From Nitrospirales bacterium (GTDB lineage: Bacteria > Nitrospirota > Nitrospiria > Nitrospirales > UBA8639): DNA of 64,000 bases. The translations under genes and the position numbers were made by a program. The DNA lies in assembly GCA_965203295.1 (NCBI GenBank), contig CBDBCZ010000019.1:288001-352000 (forward strand), in the 5' to 3' direction. The first letter of the stretch is position 1. Each line of letters starts with the position of its first letter. The notes below the pieces were generated by a model. The model was given only the letters and a program-made list of their open reading frames with translations. It ran no database searches and was not told where the DNA came from. Of the stretch, positions 57,428 through 64,000 are shown piece by piece.

Positions 57428-58360
57428 ATGAGATTGGGAGAAATTTGTAAAACAAAACAATCCCCTGCTACTTTTAATCCATTGCAAATTTTCACACTCT
57501 TCTTAGTCGTTGGTCTCCTAACAGCCTGCACATCTGCAAGAATTAATCAGTTTAAGCAATTTTCACAAGCGAGCGTAGTGTATTCTAATGCCACTGATCT
57601 TTTAACGAGAGAGGCTGGGGAAGCGGCTATTGATGCAGACTCTGCGATCCTAAAAAAAGTAAGGCCAAGTCTGAACCCATCAGACTTAAAGGTGAGTATA
57701 GTCACCCAGAACGAGTTGCTAAAGGAACGTCTAGAGCTTCTAGCTGACCTACGACGTCATGCATTCATACTAAGAAATTACTTCACCGCCCTAGGTGTGC
57801 TGGCTGAAAGTGATGCCCCCAGCGGAATTGGGAAAGCTACAGAAGGTATTGTCACATCGTTGGGAGAGGTCAATAGCCGAATCAATACCGCAACCATCGG
57901 CGACCAAAGCGTGAGTGACTTTGTCGGAGATGCAGTCCCAATAGTCGTAGCTCAATTTCAGAGAGCGGCTCTAGAGAAAGAATTAAAATCTAGAGCCGAA
58001 ACATTGGAGAGGGAACTAGATTTACAACAGGCAGCCATGGAGGCTTTATCAAAATCCATGAAAACCGATTTAAAAATTGTTCTAGGTCATCAGGAGAGTG
58101 AGGAGATAGTAAGACCCTATGTTTCTTCGGCCAATCCCCTTCCAAACAATTGGACTAAGAGACGTCGAGAATTACTTACATCCACTTGTAACCTTGCCTC
58201 TGTTGAAGCTGCTGCCGACGCTGCAAAAAACTTAAAACTCTCCTTTGTGCCCTGGTAGAAAAAAGATTCCAACTAGGTGATATCCAGCTATTAATCCATG
58301 ACATCAATCAAATCATAAACAATCATAGAAAATGTTAGGGGAGAAGGAACCCAATCCTAG
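57428..58360 (+). pseudogene. Helical lipoprotein with a frameshifted 3' end
   Basis: AAGGA RBS, then a hydrophobic signal ending in lipobox LTAC. Coding-like sequence continues in other frames after ~58250 (ALVEKRFQLGDIQLLIHDINQII). Confidence 0.7.
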
Positions 58361-58378
58361 GAAAGGCAGGACAATTTT

Positions 58379-58717
58379 ATGACACCAGGTGAAATACGAA
58401 AACAGACCATTGCACAACTATGAAAGATTGTTGCAGCAATGATGTCCCTAGAATGGGACCTCGCCCTAGACGGACAATCAAAAGCGGTTGAAGCCAAGGC
58501 AGCTAAACTCCTGTTAAAAGTTCAAAGAACCAGGCTTCGATTAATGAACGCTGAACTAAAAGATATTCGAGACAAGCTTAAGGCAAATGAAACTGCTCTT
58601 AACCAAGGCACACAATCTCTTCAGGGTGCTCTTGGAAACCTACAGGATGTCCAAAGAGTGCTAGATGCTACGACAGCCTTCGTCCAAATAGCAGCAAAAA
58701 TTGCAGCATTTGTATAG
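58379..58717 (+). pseudogene. Small coiled-coil hypothetical protein with an in-frame TGA at 58421-58423
   Basis: AGGA RBS and ATG at 58379, in frame with the 92-aa ORF (MTPGEIRKQTIAQL*KIVAAMMSLEWD…). Confidence 0.7.
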
Positions 58718-58804
58718 GTATTAAGAGTGCCTCAAAACCCGAAAACTGAGCCATGTGTTATCAGATTTTGGTGAGATTTAGATAATCTCAAATGGAGGCA
58801 GCCC

Positions 58805-59072
58805 CTGAGGGCTCCCCACAAAAACCGCTTGTTTCCCAATGGATTCGAGAGTATCTTTTGCGAAATCGCGTACACATGGCATCAGCACCATCTTCGTGAC
58901 ATGGCTTTATCCGTAAAGGAGGAGATGCCATGCACGCGATGCGATTCTTACATTCCCACCTCAAAAAAACCTGTCCGACTCTCCATGCCAAACGTTTAGC
59001 AGTGCTGCTGAAGGCGGTGGACACCGTCACACGCCCTCACCGGCTGACCCTGACCGCCTTAGGTCGAGCGTT
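58805..59072 (+). mobile_element. IS4-family (IS10-like) left-end remnant with transposase N-terminus
   Basis: CTGAGGGCTCCCC end-like motif; RBS plus MHAMRFLHSHLKKTCPTLHAKRL…LTLTALGRAL, abruptly truncated. Confidence 0.7.
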
Positions 59073-59200
59073 ACACCTTTGCCATGGACGTACGCCACTC
59101 CAATATTGCGCTGGGCCAACGCCTCCTCCAGGTTTGCGGCTAGGAGATACCATTTTATGGCTTCTTGATAGTCCTTTGGTTGAGGTGATTGTGTGGTAAC
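59070..59200 (-). pseudogene. Sel1-like repeat fragment
   Basis: PKDYQEAIKWYLLAAN…ALAQRNIGVAYVHGKGV matches the Sel1 repeat pattern. Confidence 0.75.
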
Positions 59201-59246
59201 AACCATTTCAACCAGAGCGCCGCGTCTTTTCAACTCATCTCAAACA

Positions 59247-59426
59247 CTACTTTCGAGTATAGCTCAAGCGGCAGTTTACACCGGCCTAGCGGTAGACACT
59301 CTCTACAAGATGGTCAGCCAGCGCCGTATCCCGTACGTCAAGGTGGGGCGGCTGGTAAGGTTTGACATGGCCCTTTTAGACACGTGGATCAAGCAACACA
59401 CCGTGATGCCGATGCCTGAAAAATAA
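59247..59426 (+). CDS. Excisionase-like HTH DNA-binding protein (start uncertain)
   Basis: SIAQAAVYTGLAVDTLYKMVSQRRIPYVKVGRLVRFD…LDTWI, immediately upstream of the integrase. Confidence 0.82.
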   Translation, partial: LLSSIAQAAVYTGLAVDTLYKMVSQRRIPYVKVGRLVRFDMALLDTWIKQHTVMPMPEK

Positions 59427-59475
59427 GTTGACTACTGTTTCGGTAATCATCCACCAACCACAGAAAGGAGGGACT

Positions 59476-60615
59476 ATGGGACTCACAAAAAGAAACGGCA
59501 AGTTCTATGTAGAGTTCCGATCTGTCGATGATGACGGAGTCTTAACTCTGCCACCGCGTGGGACAAAAGGGGCGAAAATTAAACGTTGGTGTACCGGGAC
59601 AAACAACAAAACTGAAACAAGGCGACAAGAGGCGAAGATTAAAACTGATTTGATGATGGGAAAAATACAGAGTGGCCCTGTCCATGGTCCAGTGACTTTT
59701 AACGCATTGGAAGAGGCTTACCTTGATTTTCCTGCCATTAAACGGCAGTCTTCGTACAAGTGGAAGGTATCGATTGTCCGAGGCCGATTTATCTCGTTGT
59801 TTGGAAAGAAACTGTTAACAGCTATTTCATCAACCTTGATTGACAAGTTTAGAGAAGAACGAAGGAAAGATCAGGGGTATGGTGGGACGACCCTGAAAGT
59901 GGCAACAATCAACCGTTCTCTTGCCTTGCTCAAACACATGTTTTCTTATGCAATCCGGGAAGAATGGCTAGAGAAGAACCCAGTTAGTCAAATTCAGTTA
60001 GAAAAGGAGAACAATGTTCGGGATCGCGTGTTGGATCCAGAAGAGTTTGATCGTCTTCAAGATAACTCTGCTCCACATTTGCGGGCCATCAATGAAATAG
60101 CCTATCAGACAGGTATGAGACTTGGGGAAATACTTGGCCTCACGTGGGACCGAGTTGATTTTAAGACGAGTTTTATACAACTTCGCGCGGAAGATACCAA
60201 AACTGACGATGCCCGGCTTATCCCATTGTCTCCTGAGTTGACGGTTCTCTTAAAGGACCTGTATAAAGTGCGCTACCTACATGAGCCCCATGTGTTTCTT
60301 GTTAAAGGGAACTCAGTAAGCTCGATTAAAACCGCGTTCAATGCGGCGTGTCGTCGAGCAGGAATTGAACGGTTTCGATTCCATGATCTTCGGCATACGG
60401 CTGTGACGAATATGCGTCGGTCGGGGATCGATCACCTGACCATTATGCAAATTACAGGGCATAAAACTCTGGAGGTGTTTAAGCGGTATAATAGCTTCCT
60501 TGAAGGAGATTTAAAGGAAGCCGCTCGTAGATTGAACACTTTTCTAACACTTGCCCACCAAGCCGCAAATACCTTCTCGCATAACTCATTGATAAGTCAC
60601 GATACGCGCCTGTAG
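59476..60615 (+). CDS. Tyrosine recombinase / phage-type integrase, apparently intact
   Basis: AAAGGAGG RBS; motifs ATINR.LA.LKHMF, TGMRLGEI, FHDLRHT, TGHKT and KRYN. Confidence 0.95.
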   Translation: MGLTKRNGKFYVEFRSVDDDGVLTLPPRGTKGAKIKRWCTGTNNKTETRRQEAKIKTDLMMGKIQSGPVHGPVTFNALEEAYLDFPAIKRQSSYKWKVSIVRGRFISLFGKKLLTAISSTLIDKFREERRKDQGYGGTTLKVATINRSLALLKHMFSYAIREEWLEKNPVSQIQLEKENNVRDRVLDPEEFDRLQDNSAPHLRAINEIAYQTGMRLGEILGLTWDRVDFKTSFIQLRAEDTKTDDARLIPLSPELTVLLKDLYKVRYLHEPHVFLVKGNSVSSIKTAFNAACRRAGIERFRFHDLRHTAVTNMRRSGIDHLTIMQITGHKTLEVFKRYNSFLEGDLKEAARRLNTFLTLAHQAANTFSHNSLISHDTRL

Positions 60616-60681
60616 CTCAATGGATAGAGCATCAGACTTCGGATCTGAGGGTTGGGGGTTCGAGTCCCTCCGGGCGCGCCA
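60606..60681 (+). tRNA. tRNA-Arg, anticodon UCG, CCA encoded
   Basis: GCGCCTG TA GCTC AATGGATA GAGC A TCAGA CT-TCG-GA TCTGA GGGTT GGGGG TTCGAGT CCCTC CGGGCGC G CCA. Confidence 0.95.
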
Positions 60682-60734
60682 TAAAGTCAAGCATTTAGAA
60701 GCACTCCCTCAGATACCGGAGACCCAGGTTGCGT

Positions 60735-60920
60735 CTAGGTTGGGTTTTGGCTCTCAAAACCCCCTTCATCTAACCGATTGACCCAGTCACGATTCCGATT
60801 GCGAAACAGGTGGCCGCAGGTGTCCATGGTCACCTGAATGCTGCTATGGCCCATCTGTTCTTGAATGTATTTGAAATGCGCTCCCTGTTCGATCAACAAG
60901 GAAGTGTAAGTGTGACACAA
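60735..60920 (-). pseudogene. C-terminal remnant of a second tyrosine integrase
   Basis: HTYTSLLIEQGAHFKYIQEQMGHSSIQVTMDTCGHL; the catalytic Tyr position is Cys and the N-terminal part is absent. Confidence 0.88.
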
Positions 60921-61188
60921 GACTACGTTCAAACATACAAGCGGTCCAACTTGGTGAGTGCGGACGGAGACGAAGAGGCTAGAGAGGTTCGGGACTATCT
61001 TGCTAAAGAAAAGATGACCCCCGTATGGCCGAAGCCTAACGGCTGGCCAGGGAGTGGAGGGCGATATCCGCCAAGTGAATCTTCCAAGGATTGGTGTGAG
61101 TGAGGTGAAGGGTTTGACCAAAACTACCGTACCCCTTTTCATGGTGATTGGCTAAAGCCTCATACTGGCTGCACCAGCCTGAGCGTTT

Positions 61189-62219
61189 TGGACTTGCTCT
61201 GAATCGGTGGACACTCCTAAGCTTAAAATTAAAGCAGAGGAGGACCCGGTATGACCAAAGGGAAATTTGCAGACGAGTTCAAAGAAGAAGCGGTCAAGCA
61301 GGTCATCGAGCGGGGGTACGCCGTGGGCGATGTCGCGAAACGCTTGGGGATTTCGGTGCAAAGTCTGTACAAGTGGGTCAAGGTGTATGCCCCCAACACC
61401 ACCGATCGGTATGAAGCCGAACTCAAAGAGGTGCGGCGCGAGACCCTGAAGCTGAAGGCGGAACTCAGTCGAGCTCAGGAAGAGCATGAGGCGAATGGCC
61501 GCACCTATGGTGCCCCCCGCATTCTTTGCGATCTGCGAGAAGTGGGGGAATGTGTGGGCAAGAACCGGATTGCCAAGCTGATGAGGCGCCATAAGATCCT
61601 CGCCCAGCGAGGGTATAAGCCACCCGGCGTGCGTTATACCAAGCCGGCGGTGGCTGCCCCGAATCGCTTGGAGCAACAGTTTGCGATCGACCGGCCGGAT
61701 CATGTGTGGGCGACCGACATCACCTATATTCGGACCTACGAAGGGTGGCTCTATCTGGCGGTAGTGATGGATCTCTACTCACACCGGATCATCGGCTGGT
61801 CGATGAAGGCCACCCTGGCCAAAGAAATTGTGCTGGATGCCTTACTGATGGCCGTCTGGCGACGCAAGCCCAAGCAGAACGTCATTATCCATTATCCATT
61901 CGGATCAGAGGTCGCAGTTCAGCAGCGATGACTGGACTCGATTCTGCCAGACACATGCGTTGCTCCCCAGCATGAGTCGCCGAGGCAACTGTTATGATAA
62001 CGCGCCGGTCGAGTCCTTCTTCGAGAGCTTGAAGAAGGAGAAAATCCGTCGCCACATCTTCAAAACCTGTGAAGTCGCGCGAGCCGAATTATTCGATTAT
62101 ATTGAGGTGTTTTATAATCGGGCGAGACGTCATCAACACCTAGGAAATATCAGCCCAACAGACTATGAGCAACAGATGGCAAAACTAGGCTGAGTGTCCA
62201 CGCAAACGAAGCAAGTTCA
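61189..62219 (+). mobile_element. IS3-family element, internally deleted and frameshifted
   Basis: TG…CA ends with 28-bp imperfect IRs (TGGACTTGC…GTGGACACTC / GAGTGTCCAC…GCAAGTTCA). OrfA HTH is present, with OrfB motifs WATDITYI, GNCYDNAPVESFF and YIEVFYNR.R.H. Frameshift near 61890. Confidence 0.93.
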
Positions 62220-62381
62220 TCTCAGGTTTTCGAGGTTTGGATCCTCCCTCTCGGTTGGCAGAGTGTGATCAGTTTTCTCCGCTTTGCGCTGGACACGTCG
62301 CGCCTCTTTTTCTTGCCGCTTCAATTGAAGAGCTCGCTCTCGGTTGCGCTTTGCCTGCTTCGTTTTCGGTGTTTTTCCCAT
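62217..62381 (-). CDS. Small basic hypothetical protein whose stop is supplied by the IS3 right end (probably truncated)
   Basis: AAGGAG RBS; MGKTPKTKQAKRNRERALQLKRQEKEARRVQRKAEK…EDPNLENLR*. Confidence 0.6.
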   Translation of the reverse strand: MGKTPKTKQAKRNRERALQLKRQEKEARRVQRKAEKTDHTLPTEREDPNLENLR

Positions 62382-62639
62382 GGACACTCCTTGGTGTGTG
62401 ATTCCTTATCGCTTGAGAGAGGCCAGAACATGTCATTGGTATTCCTGCTCTTCTCTTTGGATTGGCCGAAAGTCTGGTTTAAAGAGACTCATAATAATTG
62501 GGCAACCTAAGCCCTTGTGAACCGCTCGATGGATAGGGCATCTTCGACAAAGTCACCAGGACCGCATCAAACTCGTGAACGGCCTTCTCATTTAACCTAA
62601 CAACTTGGCTTCAGGTCATGGACCTGAACTCCCGAATTC

Positions 62640-62888
62640 TTACTTGGTTACCTTAGGACGTCCTTTACGCTTTGGTTTCTCTGGAACAGTGATGCTTTTG
62701 ATATGCTCACCTGGGGTAAATCCCTGCATTGACATCATTAATGCTTGTTGGCGGACCTCATCCATTGAAATCTCTGTGTGCTCTTTTGGTGGATTCGCGA
62801 ATCCCAATCGAAGCAAGTTGATACTCTTCCTGGTCCCGCGAAGGTTCTTTTTGTGTTTGTTGTCAGGCCAATTCTTCGTGAATTTCAT
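62640..62888 (-). CDS. Small hypothetical protein
   Basis: AAAGGAG RBS 6 nt before the ATG; 82-aa ORF. Confidence 0.55.
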   Translation of the reverse strand: MKFTKNWPDNKHKKNLRGTRKSINLLRLGFANPPKEHTEISMDEVRQQALMMSMQGFTPGEHIKSITVPEKPKRKGRPKVTK

Positions 62889-63126
62889 AATATTCTCCTT
62901 TTACCTGGTCATCCCTTATTATCACGGGTCGCAATCAGAACCACTCCCTCACAAGATTCAATTTTTGAGAGTTGGGCCTTTCCAGATCAGATACGAAGGA
63001 AATGAAAACCTGCAGCCATCCCCTGCAAGGGACAATATTTCGTGAAGAATGGTGAAGGATGAAGGCGGAGGAGAGGCCATCCAATATGAGATGCCTCTCC
63101 TCCTGAGTATGGCGTGCCGGTAGATC

Positions 63127-63446
63127 CTAAAACCGCTTACTTCTTCCTCGATCTCCGTCTCGTCGGCCACCTCCAAATCCTCCTCCACCGGAGCGCGGTT
63201 CCATCGGTTTGGCTTCATTGACGGTCAGCGTCTGTCCATCCATTTCCGTGGAGTTTAAGGCAGCAATAGCCGCCTGAGCCTCACTCGGAGATGACATTTC
63301 GACGAAACCAAAACCGCGAGATTGCCCGGTAAACTTGTCCGTAATCACTCGTGCGGACTCGACGGTTCCATGCTCGGCGAATAACGCCTCCATCTGAGTA
63401 TCCGTTGCGGAAAATGGCAAACCACTGACATAAATTTTTAACCCAT
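63127..63446 (-). pseudogene. Bacterial single-RRM RNA-binding protein with Gly-rich tail (Nitrospira-like), frameshifted at codon 3
   Basis: TAAGGAGG RBS then ATG GGT TAA. The RRM (KIYVSGLPFS…ITDKFTGQSRGFGFVEM…LTVNEAKP) continues in another frame. Confidence 0.85.
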
Positions 63447-64000
63447 GGGGTTCCTCCTTAAAAATAGTGACATTGTCTTGAGCTGGAGAAGAATTGAACT
63501 GATTGGAAGAAATGGGCTGCGGACGCGACAATTGAAGCGACTGTGGTCAGGCTTCCTATTTGACTCCTAGACAAAACAATATCGGTTAGGGACCTTGTTC
63601 ATTTTTCCTTCATCACCAGGCCCTACGCGATAAAGTATTGAAACTCTATCATGAAGCCGGAAGAAATAGATAGGGTAACTTTTTGAAGGGCCAACAATTT
63701 TTGGCCAGTCCGCTATGAGATTAGGAAGAAAAAAGAGTACACTAGCACGTTACGTCCGTTGGAAGACGTGACCGTCCATCGCAAAGTTGCATTTCATGGG
63801 AAGCCGTCTCACTGGAGCGATCGAGACCTGGCGGCGATTGTCACCTTTTTTATCAATTCCGAACACGAGAGAGGGTGAGTCATGGGGAGTGAAAAGGTTC
63901 GTTATGCAATTGGTGATATTGGGAAATTATTTGCCTTTACCGGTGACGACGTCCCGGCTGGAACGACCCCTTTAATTGAGGAAAATGATAACAGTCTAAC

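Noticed and set aside
56835..58423. Stop-codon reassignment or selenocysteine in the bacterial genes
   Set aside because: Both TAA and TGA interrupt ORFs, the same codons terminate neighbouring genes normally, and frameshifts co-occur; decay is the simpler explanation.

Overview
A composite window. Bases 1 to ~56,200 are gene-dense animal DNA with short spliceosomal introns, (CA)n tracts and many MITEs. The host is probably a demosponge, which is an inference from the RNF213-like gene, the death-fold adaptor and the bacterial neighbour. Genes, in order: a putative single-pass receptor/adaptor with a ~1000-aa tail packed with YxxV/I/L motifs, intronless TMEM94, CCHCR1 (with an intronic tRNA-Ile(GAU) and several tandem amplifications of exon ends), a CARD-like + Death-domain adaptor, a pinocchio-like zinc-binding protein, POLR3G/RPC7, ARL6IP4, and a >21-kb RNF213/mysterin-like AAA+ gene ending in a SAM domain. 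At ~56,200 the sequence switches mid-exon to Nitrospira-like bacterial DNA. That segment holds a decayed three-gene membrane/lipoprotein cluster, IS4 and Sel1 remnants, an excisionase and an intact tyrosine integrase whose stop codon lies inside a tRNA-Arg(UCG), a second integrase remnant, a deleted IS3 and a frameshifted RRM gene. Whether the junction is an assembly chimera or a real symbiont-to-host insertion cannot be decided from sequence alone. Exon models were read by eye and family assignments come from recalled motifs; no database searches were run.
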